Origin: an uncultured Paraprevotella sp.
GTDB lineage: Bacteria > Bacteroidota > Bacteroidia > Bacteroidales > Bacteroidaceae
Direction of reading: 5' to 3'
Length of the DNA: 64,000 nucleotides
NCBI GenBank assembly: GCA_944321345.1
Contig: CALUKY010000013.1
Coordinates: 6,027 to 70,026 of the forward strand
Positions 56,919 through 64,000 of this stretch are shown here, in pieces (within the stretch, counting starts at the first letter, position 1; the number at the start of each line of letters is the position of its first letter). The notes below the pieces were generated by a model, which made no database searches, was not told the DNA's origin, and saw nothing but the letters and a program-made list of their open reading frames with translations. The position numbers and the translations under genes were made by a program.

Positions 56919-57386
56919 TCAGCGCTGGAAATATTCCAGCAGACCGGCACAGGCATCTTCCAGAATATCGAGCACCCGCTCGAATCCCTGGTCGCCTCCA
57001 TAATAAGGATCGGGCACATGATCCACATCGGGATGTTCGCGACAGAAATCGGTCATGCGGAACAGCTTGCGCTCTTCCTCCAGTCCGGGCGCACGGTCGC
57101 GGAGCGCATCCATATTGCTCTCGTCCATGCCGATAATCATATCGAAATCGAAAAAGTCCTGATAAGTGACCGGACGGGACAGGTGGGTCAGCTCATAACC
57201 GCGACGGGATGCATGAAGACGCATGCGGGGATCGGCCAGCTCTCCCTGATGATAATTGCTGATACCGGCAGAATCGAGCACAAATTCCGATTCCAGACCG
57301 GCACGGCGTATGATCTGGCGCATCACTTCTTCGGCTGTGACCGAGCGACAGATGTTGCCGAGGCAGACAAACAAAATACGTTTCAT
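56919..57386 (-). CDS. low-molecular-weight protein-tyrosine phosphatase
   Basis: 155 aa with the CLGNICRS P-loop (C-X5-R-S) and DPYYG. Confidence 0.9.
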   Translation of the reverse strand: MKRILFVCLGNICRSVTAEEVMRQIIRRAGLESEFVLDSAGISNYHQGELADPRMRLHASRRGYELTHLSRPVTYQDFFDFDMIIGMDESNMDALRDRAPGLEEERKLFRMTDFCREHPDVDHVPDPYYGGDQGFERVLDILEDACAGLLEYFQR

Positions 57387-57387
57387 C

Positions 57388-57870
57388 TTAATTTCCTACT
57401 TTAAAATCAATACTGTTCTGATAGGTTCCATAAGTGGCACCCGACGAAGCCCCGCCTCCTGTTACGACCGTTCCCTGACCGGAGTACTTGAAATAGGCTG
57501 AGAAGCTGACCGTATAGGTACCGGGGCGGGCATCAGCAGGAATCCGGTATCCGAAAACCGGATCGGACGGATCGTAATCATAAATGACATTCTGGGTTAC
57601 GGTATACAGTGTGGAATCGTGACTGTCCTTGATTGTCCACGTATAGTTTGTACCGTTGATCAGTTTTCCCGGAGTGGACTGTTTGGCGGTGAATGTCACC
57701 GAATCACCGGGAACAATCACATCCTTGTCGAGCACAATACCTGAATAAACGGGCATATGTGAGGAAAAATCCTTTTCTTCACAAGAGGTAAATGCCGCCA
57801 GCAAAGCGCAGCAGGCAAATCCGGAAAGAAGAGAGCGCATGATTTTCTGTTTCATCTGATTCATTTTCAT
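57388..57870 (-). CDS. hypothetical lipoprotein
   Basis: 160 aa. It has the lipobox FTSC and a beta-rich sequence. No domain was recognised. Confidence 0.6.
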   Translation of the reverse strand: MKMNQMKQKIMRSLLSGFACCALLAAFTSCEEKDFSSHMPVYSGIVLDKDVIVPGDSVTFTAKQSTPGKLINGTNYTWTIKDSHDSTLYTVTQNVIYDYDPSDPVFGYRIPADARPGTYTVSFSAYFKYSGQGTVVTGGGASSGATYGTYQNSIDFKVGN

Positions 57871-57891
57871 ATCGTGTTAATTTTCGGAATT

Positions 57892-58473
57892 TCACCAAGA
57901 CTTGAGTTCCTGATAAAGACGCTGGACCGGAAGGCCCATCACATTGAAATAGGAGCCGTTGATGCCGGTAACCCCCACAAAACCGATCCATTCCTGAATG
58001 CCGTAGGAACCGGCCTTGTCGAAGGGGCGGTAACGGTCAACGTAATACCCGATCTCATCTTCGGTAAGAACGGCAAAGGTCACATCCGTAGTGACAGCAA
58101 AGGAGCGCCGCTTCTCACGCGAAAGCAGGGTGACTCCGGTAATGACCTGATGCGTGCGACCGGAAAGGGCACGCAACATGGCGCAAGCCTCGGCACGGTC
58201 GTGCGGCTTGCCGAACACGCGGCCGTCGATATAGACAACCGTATCGGCAGTGATCAGAAGCTCGTCCGGAGCCAATGAAGCGAGATAGGCGTCGGCCTTG
58301 GCCGAAGCGATATAGACAGCGATCTCCTCGCCGTTCAGTCCCTCGGGATAAGACTCGTCGATGCCCGGAATCACCCGGGTTTCGAAAGAGAGCCCCAGAC
58401 CGGAAAGAAGTTCACGGCGACGGGGAGAGTTACTGGCCAGAACGATCTGGCAGGAAGACAAATGTGAAAACAT
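57892..58473 (-). CDS. maf: Maf-family nucleoside-triphosphate pyrophosphatase
   Basis: Trimmed to the ATG at 58473. Motifs: VLASNSPRRRELL, ITADTVV, AGSYGIQ. Confidence 0.9.
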   Translation of the reverse strand: MFSHLSSCQIVLASNSPRRRELLSGLGLSFETRVIPGIDESYPEGLNGEEIAVYIASAKADAYLASLAPDELLITADTVVYIDGRVFGKPHDRAEACAMLRALSGRTHQVITGVTLLSREKRRSFAVTTDVTFAVLTEDEIGYYVDRYRPFDKAGSYGIQEWIGFVGVTGINGSYFNVMGLPVQRLYQELKSW

Positions 58474-58498
58474 ATCTTTTTGGAATATAGTTACGAAA

Positions 58499-59017
58499 TT
58501 ACCATCCGAAAGCCTCGGCACCGCTCATCCACTTCTGCTGGGCCCGCAGCACCTGTTCGATCACATCACGGCCACAGCCGTCGCCACCGGCCAGGTGAGA
58601 TATGTAGCAGGAAACGGAACGGATCTCGGGCGCGGCATCCGACGGACAACAGGGACAGCCGCAACGGGTCAGAATCTCGTAGTCGGGGATGTCATCGCCC
58701 ATATACAGCACTTCCTCGTCGCGCAAGCCATATTTGCGAAGAAAGGCCTCGTAGGTGGTGATCTTCACGGAACAGCCCATGTAGATATCGGGAACTCCCA
58801 GTCCCTCATAACGCCGGCGCACCGCTTCGGAACGGCCTCCGGTGATGATGGCCACATGAAGCCCCATCTTGACGGCCAGCTGCAGCGCATAGCCGTCCTT
58901 GATATTGACCGTGCGCGCCGGTTCACCGGAAGGGTGAAGCAGAATGGTCTGACGGCTCAGCACGCCGTCGACATCAAAGGCTATCGCCTTGATTTTTTTC
59001 AAATCGTAGTTGATCAT
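58499..59017 (-). CDS. kdsC: KDO 8-phosphate phosphatase (HAD-IIIA)
   Basis: 172 aa with [15 protein letters not shown] and MGDDIPD. Confidence 0.85.
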   Translation of the reverse strand: MINYDLKKIKAIAFDVDGVLSRQTILLHPSGEPARTVNIKDGYALQLAVKMGLHVAIITGGRSEAVRRRYEGLGVPDIYMGCSVKITTYEAFLRKYGLRDEEVLYMGDDIPDYEILTRCGCPCCPSDAAPEIRSVSCYISHLAGGDGCGRDVIEQVLRAQQKWMSGAEAFGW

Positions 59018-59844
59018 ATCGTCGGATCGGTTTTGTCGGATTCGGTTTTCTGAAGTTTCAAAGCCTCTTCGTGAATGCTCCGGCTCATCAGCTCGTACAG
59101 ACTGTGGCGCAACGGATCGGCGGCAAGCTGTGCCATCTGGGCATCGAGCACGTTACGGTCGTAGCGTACGGCCGGACCGGTCTGCGCCTCGGCAGGCGAG
59201 AGCTGGTGCACCTTGGAAGCCGTTTCGTCGATGAGCGGCAACAGGGTCTCGAAAGGGATCTGCTCTTCGGCCAGCAGACCGGCTGCCAAAGCATAGCAGT
59301 GATTCACGAAATTGCAGGCAAAGACCGCGGCCAGATGCAGTTTGCGGCGCGATTCCGAAGACAGCGGAAGTACCCTACCGGCAAACAGGGAGACCATCCG
59401 GGTGAGCTGATCCAGCAACCCGGGCGAAGAAGCCTCGACAAAGACCGGTATCTGACGCCAGTCGAGCGGACGGTTTTGCGAAAAGGTCTGCAACGGATAA
59501 AGCACTCCGTAACGCTGCAGTCCGTGGCCCTCGAAAACCGACAGGGGCATGCTGCCCGCAGTGTGCAGGAAACAGCCCCGGGAACAACGGGGAGCCAGAG
59601 CCGTAACCAGCTCCGGAAGGACGGCGTCCTTTACGGAAAAGAGATAATAATCGGCATCGGGCACGACACAGCGGGGATCGGTCGTATGGGAAGTATGCAA
59701 CACGGAGGCCAGAGCCGAAGCCGAAGCCTCGGTGCGGCTATATACCTGCACGACGGTGATTCCGGCCTGTTGCAGCGCCGGTGCCAGATGCGTGGCCACA
59801 CGGCCCGCACCTATCAGAACTAGTGTCGGTGGCATGGCATTCAT
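59014..59844 (-). CDS. Rossmann-like / DUF2520 domain protein
   Basis: Trimmed to the ATG at 59844 (ATGA overlap with the upstream stop). Motif: [16 protein letters not shown]. Confidence 0.65.
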   Translation of the reverse strand: MNAMPPTLVLIGAGRVATHLAPALQQAGITVVQVYSRTEASASALASVLHTSHTTDPRCVVPDADYYLFSVKDAVLPELVTALAPRCSRGCFLHTAGSMPLSVFEGHGLQRYGVLYPLQTFSQNRPLDWRQIPVFVEASSPGLLDQLTRMVSLFAGRVLPLSSESRRKLHLAAVFACNFVNHCYALAAGLLAEEQIPFETLLPLIDETASKVHQLSPAEAQTGPAVRYDRNVLDAQMAQLAADPLRHSLYELMSRSIHEEALKLQKTESDKTDPTI

Positions 59845-60386
59845 TCCGGTGAAGAAGTTGGATAAACATTCAGGTGAACCTTGTCCCATTTCAGGTTTTC
59901 GGGCTGAAAGGGCTTGCGCTCCATGGCCTTGTGGCCCAGGGCTACCAGAGAGAGCACCCGCAGATGACCGGGAATGCCCAGAATGCGGCGCACCACATCT
60001 TCGGCAGAAGTGCCGTCGACAGTCTCACGCCGGCGCACCTGCACCCAGCAGGCTCCGAGACCGCAGTCTTCGGCCTGCAACAGCAGATAGGTGGTGGCCA
60101 CGGAAGCGTCTTCCACCCACACATCGCTGACCGACGGGTCGGCCAGAACCACCACGGCGGCAGGGGCATCGGCCACAAATGCCGAACCGTGTTCCTTGCA
60201 CTGCGCCAGCTGCCGCAACAATTCCGGATCCTCGACCACCACAAACTGCCAGCAGCAAGTGCCTTTGGAAGAAGGAGACATCAGCGCTGTGCCCATCAAT
60301 GCCGCCCACTCGTCCTGAGTAAGGCGCTCGGCGGTAAACCGGCGCATGCTGCGCCGATGTGCTGCCAGATCATAAAAATGACTCAT
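59841..60386 (-). CDS. nitroreductase family protein
   Basis: Trimmed to the ATG at 60386 (181 aa). Motifs: RRSMRRF and a GLGACWV-type core. Confidence 0.8.
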   Translation of the reverse strand: MSHFYDLAAHRRSMRRFTAERLTQDEWAALMGTALMSPSSKGTCCWQFVVVEDPELLRQLAQCKEHGSAFVADAPAAVVVLADPSVSDVWVEDASVATTYLLLQAEDCGLGACWVQVRRRETVDGTSAEDVVRRILGIPGHLRVLSLVALGHKAMERKPFQPENLKWDKVHLNVYPTSSPE

Positions 60387-60423
60387 ATATCGTATACTTT
60401 GTTTTTTTAGAAAAAGACCGTAC

Positions 60424-60431
60424 CAAAGATA
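60424..60431 (-). promoter_or_regulatory. -7 box TATCTTTG (minus strand)
   Basis: CAAAGATA on the plus strand, 38 nt upstream of the ATG at 60386. Confidence 0.45.
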
Positions 60432-60579
60432 GAAAAGATTCTTCAGAGAAAGCAGTTTTTTAGGGAAAATACTGAATTTACCACCCAAAAAGTATGCACC
60501 GTATACAAAAAAAGCGTTATTTTACGTTCTCTTAGAAAGAAAGCAATCAAAAACAGACAGAAACAAACCGATCAGAAAC

Positions 60580-62985
60580 GTGAAAACAAAACACAGACTT
60601 TTCCATTTTATGCTCTGGGGGTGGCTGATGCTCCTGATCTCCGGACATGCACAAGCACAAAACCAGGTAACCCTGTCGGGACGTGTCCTGGACGACACGC
60701 AGACGCCCCTGGCCTTCGTGACCGTCAAGGTGGAGGGACAGATGGCAGGAGGAAACACCGACCTGGACGGAAAATACAAATTTACGTTCCAGACTGCCGA
60801 CACGGTGGTGATTACCTATCAGATGATGGGATTCCAGAAACGCACCAAAAAACTGATCCGGCCACAAGGCAACCTGACGCTGAACATCGTGATGCGCCCC
60901 ATGAGCCTGAATCTGGGCGACGTAACGGTGAAAGAAGTGCGCCGGCAACTGGGAGGCATCCAGCAACTGGACGCGGAGAAGCTGAAGCACCTGCCCTCGA
61001 CCACGGGAAATGCCGTAGAAGAACTGATCGCCACACAGGCCGGTGTCAGCACGCACAATGAGCTGAGTTCACAATATAACGTACGCGGCGGAAGCTTTGA
61101 CGAGAACAGTGTGTACATCAACGGAGTGGAAGTTTACCGCCCGCTGCTGATCAGCTCGGGACAGCAGGAAGGACTGAGTGTGATCAACAGCGATATGGTG
61201 GAAAAGATCAATTTCTCGGCAGGAGGATTCGACGCGCAATACGGCGACAAGATGTCGTCGGTGCTGGACATCACCTACAAGAAACCGCAGCGCAACGAGG
61301 GAAAGGTAAGCCTGAGCCTGCTGGGAGGAAGCGCCTATGCCGGCACGAAGGGAAAAAACTTCAGCATGACCCACGGCATCCGCTACAAGACCAACCAGTA
61401 TCTGCTGGGGTCGCTGGAAACACAGGGGGAATACAACCCGAGCTTTCTGGACTACCAGACTTATATCAGCTGGCAGCCGAACCGGAAATGGTCGCTGGAC
61501 GTGATCGGAAACATTTCGCAAAACAAATATGACTTCGTACCCACGAACCGAAATACGAACTTCGGAACGATGCAGGACGTGAAATCGTTCAAGGTGTATT
61601 TCGACGGACAGGAAAAAGACCTGTTCCGCACCTTCTTCGGAACGTTCAGTCTGAGCCATCACTTTACCCCAAAAAGCAAGCTGAGCCTGCTGGGATCGGC
61701 TTTCATGACCCAGGAACGGGAAACTTATGACATTCAGGGACAATACTGGCTGAGCGAAACGAATACCAGTGAACAGCTGGGTGTGGGAACTTATCTGGAA
61801 CATGCGCGCAATTATCTGAACGCCAACATGAAGAGTCTGAAACTGGTGTATGACCTGAAAACAGGAAACCACCAGATTCTGAGCGGCATCACCTGGAAAA
61901 ACGAGGCTATCACGGAAAAAGCCAACGAATGGGAAATGCGCGACTCATCGGGATATTCCATTCCGCACGACCCTACCCGACTGCAACTGATCTACAGCCT
62001 GCGGTCGCCGGAGCTGAAGATGAGCAGCAACCGCATGGAGTGGTTCGGACAGGACACCTGGCGTTTCGAGAACCAGGCCGGAGTACTGTCTTTGAACTAT
62101 GGCGCCCGACTGAGCTACTGGAACTGGAACAAGGAGTGGCTGTTCAGTCCGCGTGTGTCTTTGGGATACGTCCCCAGCTGGAACGACAACTTCACGTTCC
62201 GACTGGCTACCGGTGTGTATTACCAGGCTCCCTTCTATAAGGAACTGCGCGACACCACGACGGTAAACGGAACCACCCAGGTTAGCCTGAGCCGCGACAT
62301 CCGGTCGCCCCGCTCCATACAGGTGGTTCTGGGCAGCGACTATAAGTTCAAAATGCGCGAACGCCTGTTCAAGTTCACCGCCGAAGTGTACTACAAGGCC
62401 CTGAGCCGCATCAACCCCTATAACGTAGACAATGTACGCGTGGTGTATTACGGACAGAATATCGGAAAAGGATATACCACCGGTGTGGACCTGAAACTGT
62501 TCGGAGAGTTTATCGAGGGCACCGACTCCTGGATCAGCCTGAGCCTGATGAAAGCCCAACAGACCATCAACGGCAAAAGCATGCCGCAACCGACCGACCA
62601 GCGGTATAACGTGAACTTCTTCTTCACGGACTTCTTCCCGGGAACCACCCGCTGGCAGATGAACCTGAAAGCGTCCATAGCCGGAGGACTGCCTTTCGGT
62701 CCGCCGCATACGGGACTGGAGAAACAGGTGTTCCGGGCACCGGCCTACCGGCGTGTGGATATCGGTATGAACTACCGCCTGCTGGACAACGAGGACGGAC
62801 AGAGCCGCCACAAATGGGCGCGCCCCTTCCGGAACATCTGGCTTGGACTGGACGGATTCAACATCCTGGGCATCAACAACGTGAGCTCATACTATTGGGT
62901 GACCGACGTGACCAACCAGCAGTATGCGGTGCCCAATTACCTGACCGGACGCCAGATCAACTTCCGGATTCTGGTGGAGATGTAA
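60580..62985 (+). CDS. TonB-dependent receptor with an N-terminal carboxypeptidase-regulatory-like domain
   Basis: 801 aa with a GTG start. It has a signal peptide ending AQAQ, the segment VTLSGRVLDD..PLAFVTVKV, and then plug and barrel regions. Confidence 0.85.
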   Translation: MKTKHRLFHFMLWGWLMLLISGHAQAQNQVTLSGRVLDDTQTPLAFVTVKVEGQMAGGNTDLDGKYKFTFQTADTVVITYQMMGFQKRTKKLIRPQGNLTLNIVMRPMSLNLGDVTVKEVRRQLGGIQQLDAEKLKHLPSTTGNAVEELIATQAGVSTHNELSSQYNVRGGSFDENSVYINGVEVYRPLLISSGQQEGLSVINSDMVEKINFSAGGFDAQYGDKMSSVLDITYKKPQRNEGKVSLSLLGGSAYAGTKGKNFSMTHGIRYKTNQYLLGSLETQGEYNPSFLDYQTYISWQPNRKWSLDVIGNISQNKYDFVPTNRNTNFGTMQDVKSFKVYFDGQEKDLFRTFFGTFSLSHHFTPKSKLSLLGSAFMTQERETYDIQGQYWLSETNTSEQLGVGTYLEHARNYLNANMKSLKLVYDLKTGNHQILSGITWKNEAITEKANEWEMRDSSGYSIPHDPTRLQLIYSLRSPELKMSSNRMEWFGQDTWRFENQAGVLSLNYGARLSYWNWNKEWLFSPRVSLGYVPSWNDNFTFRLATGVYYQAPFYKELRDTTTVNGTTQVSLSRDIRSPRSIQVVLGSDYKFKMRERLFKFTAEVYYKALSRINPYNVDNVRVVYYGQNIGKGYTTGVDLKLFGEFIEGTDSWISLSLMKAQQTINGKSMPQPTDQRYNVNFFFTDFFPGTTRWQMNLKASIAGGLPFGPPHTGLEKQVFRAPAYRRVDIGMNYRLLDNEDGQSRHKWARPFRNIWLGLDGFNILGINNVSSYYWVTDVTNQQYAVPNYLTGRQINFRILVEM

Positions 62986-62996
62986 AAAAAGCGAAA

Positions 62997-63041
62997 ACAG
63001 TAAGGGCGGGATTCCCACAAGAGGATTCCCGCCCTTACTGT
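62997..63041. terminator. hairpin terminator between convergent genes
   Basis: 15-bp perfect stem acagtaagggcggga / tcccgcccttactgt. The U-tract is weak. Confidence 0.55.
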
Positions 63042-63064
63042 TCCGGTCTGTAAAAGCCGGCAGA

Positions 63065-63418
63065 TTACCGCACCACCTTATTGGTTGCCGTATCCGGAAA
63101 AACCACGGTAGGGGTAAAATGCTTTGCTTCTTCAAAATCCATCAAGGCATAAGAAATGATGATACAGATGTCGCCCACCTGAACCTTGCGGGCAGCCGCA
63201 CCGTTGAGACAGATACATCCCGAACCGCGCTCGCCCTTGATAATATAGGTCTCGAAACGCTCGCCGTTGTTGTTGTTGACAATCTGCACCTTCTCACCGG
63301 CAATCATATTGGCGGCATCGAGCAGATCCTCGTCAATGGTAATGCTTCCCATGTAATTCAGATTCGCCTCGGTGACCCGCACACAATGCAACTTGGACTT
63401 TAATACTTCTATCATCAT
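63065..63418 (-). CDS. panD: aspartate 1-decarboxylase
   Basis: 117 aa with [23 protein letters not shown], which includes the Gly-Ser self-processing site. Confidence 0.95.
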   Translation of the reverse strand: MMIEVLKSKLHCVRVTEANLNYMGSITIDEDLLDAANMIAGEKVQIVNNNNGERFETYIIKGERGSGCICLNGAAARKVQVGDICIIISYALMDFEEAKHFTPTVVFPDTATNKVVR

Positions 63419-63423
63419 ATCCG

Positions 63424-64000
63424 TTATCCTTTATATCTGATGTGATCAATCAAACGAATCGGAGCGGCACCGCAGAACACCGTAATACAACCGACAATAT
63501 AATCGGCCACATCCCAACGGCCAACCTCCTGAAGAGTGTCTCCGTTGACAATGGAAAAATACTGAACCTCCAGTCCTATGACAGAATTAAGGGTGTCGAC
63601 CACATAATGGTACGTGTCGGCCAGACTGTGGTTGGCGGCAAAAAGCTTGCTCTTCTTCAATACCTGATAAATATTGGCCGCCGTGCGACGCTCTTCATCA
63701 GTCAACAAGGTATTGCGGCTGCTCATGGCCAGACCGCTCTCTTCACGCACTACCGGGCAAGGGATAATCTCTACCGGAAGCTTCAAATCGGCCACCATGG
63801 CCTTGATGACGGCAATCTGCTGGAAATCCTTCTCACCGAAATAAGCACAGTCGGGCTTCACAATATAGAACAGCTTGCTGACAATCTGGCAAACGCCATT
63901 GAAATGACCCGGACGGAAAGCACCTTCCATCACAGAATCTACTTCAGGATAGCTGAAACAACGCTTATCTTCCTCAGGGTACATCTCCGATACCGAAGGA
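63424..64000 (-). CDS. panC: pantoate--beta-alanine ligase, C-terminal part (gene runs off the right edge)
   Basis: The in-frame translation continues upstream of the track Met (..[10 protein letters not shown]..). Motifs: [21 protein letters not shown]. Confidence 0.9.
   Translation of the reverse strand, partial: PSVSEMYPEEDKRCFSYPEVDSVMEGAFRPGHFNGVCQIVSKLFYIVKPDCAYFGEKDFQQIAVIKAMVADLKLPVEIIPCPVVREESGLAMSSRNTLLTDEERRTAANIYQVLKKSKLFAANHSLADTYHYVVDTLNSVIGLEVQYFSIVNGDTLQEVGRWDVADYIVGCITVFCGAAPIRLIDHIRYKG

Noticed and set aside
60387-60579. Riboswitch (cobalamin or TPP type) upstream of the TonB-dependent receptor
   Set aside because: The 190-nt region is A-rich and lacks the conserved cores I know (for example the B12 box). 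It looks like a plain divergent promoter region.
1-64000. CRISPR arrays, rRNA genes, IS elements, transposases, integrases
   Set aside because: I saw no regularly spaced repeats, rRNA-like sequence or recombinase-like ORF in any frame of the track or in my own reading.

Overview
This 64-kb chromosomal window appears to come from a fairly GC-rich member of the Bacteroidales. That is an inference from the sequence alone; no search was run. The clues are recurring TAnnTTTG -7 promoter boxes, many lipoproteins, a TonB-dependent receptor, the DUF4248/HU/'smalltalk' cassette and a Bacteroides-style capsule locus.

Layout:
- 1-2.1 kb: a porin fragment, then a DUF4248 / HU-like / P5-like muramidase / 31-aa 'smalltalk' peptide cassette.
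- 2.1-5.4 kb: an orphan ORF, a succinate CoA-transferase and a nucleotidyltransferase-family gene.
- 5.5-34.2 kb: a 24-gene minus-strand surface-polysaccharide locus running wecA-like, capD-like, a variable block, aminotransferase, wza, wzc, ompA. Its central ~20 kb (11.2-31.2 kb) is markedly AT-rich between GC-rich flanks.
- 34.6-36.9 kb: a C11 peptidase, tRNA-Trp(CCA) and rubrerythrin with a Per/Fur-like palindrome upstream.
- 37.1-42.5 kb: the hisG-hisD-hisC-hisB operon. It is preceded by a 15-codon leader peptide with four consecutive His codons plus an intrinsic terminator (attenuator). A decayed AAA-ATPase/RloB (AbiL-like) relic sits between hisC and hisB.
- 42.6-44.3 kb: an AT-rich islet with an intact DarT-DarG module, fused by a TAATG overlap to a GC-rich Dabb gene.
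- 44.7-49.9 kb: udk, an mltF-like gene and a 1129-aa DNA2-like nuclease-helicase.
- 49.9-51.8 kb: gene debris, an intact STAS-like (DUF4325) gene and a methylase-less HpaII-family endonuclease.
- 51.9-55.6 kb: glf-gtrA-gtrB-like-GT-C.
- 55.6-64 kb: sdaA, an LMW-PTP/lipoprotein/maf/kdsC/DUF2520/nitroreductase operon, a TonB-dependent receptor, panD and panC.

I saw no rRNA, CRISPR array, transposase or integrase. The only complete, recognisable defence/toxin-antitoxin system is DarTG. The candidates that look least described are the amino-sugar tailoring block of the capsule locus, the glf-gtr-GT-C module, the smalltalk cassette, the his leader and the orphan HpaII-like enzyme.

All family calls rest on motifs I recognise in the translations. 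None was confirmed by a database search.
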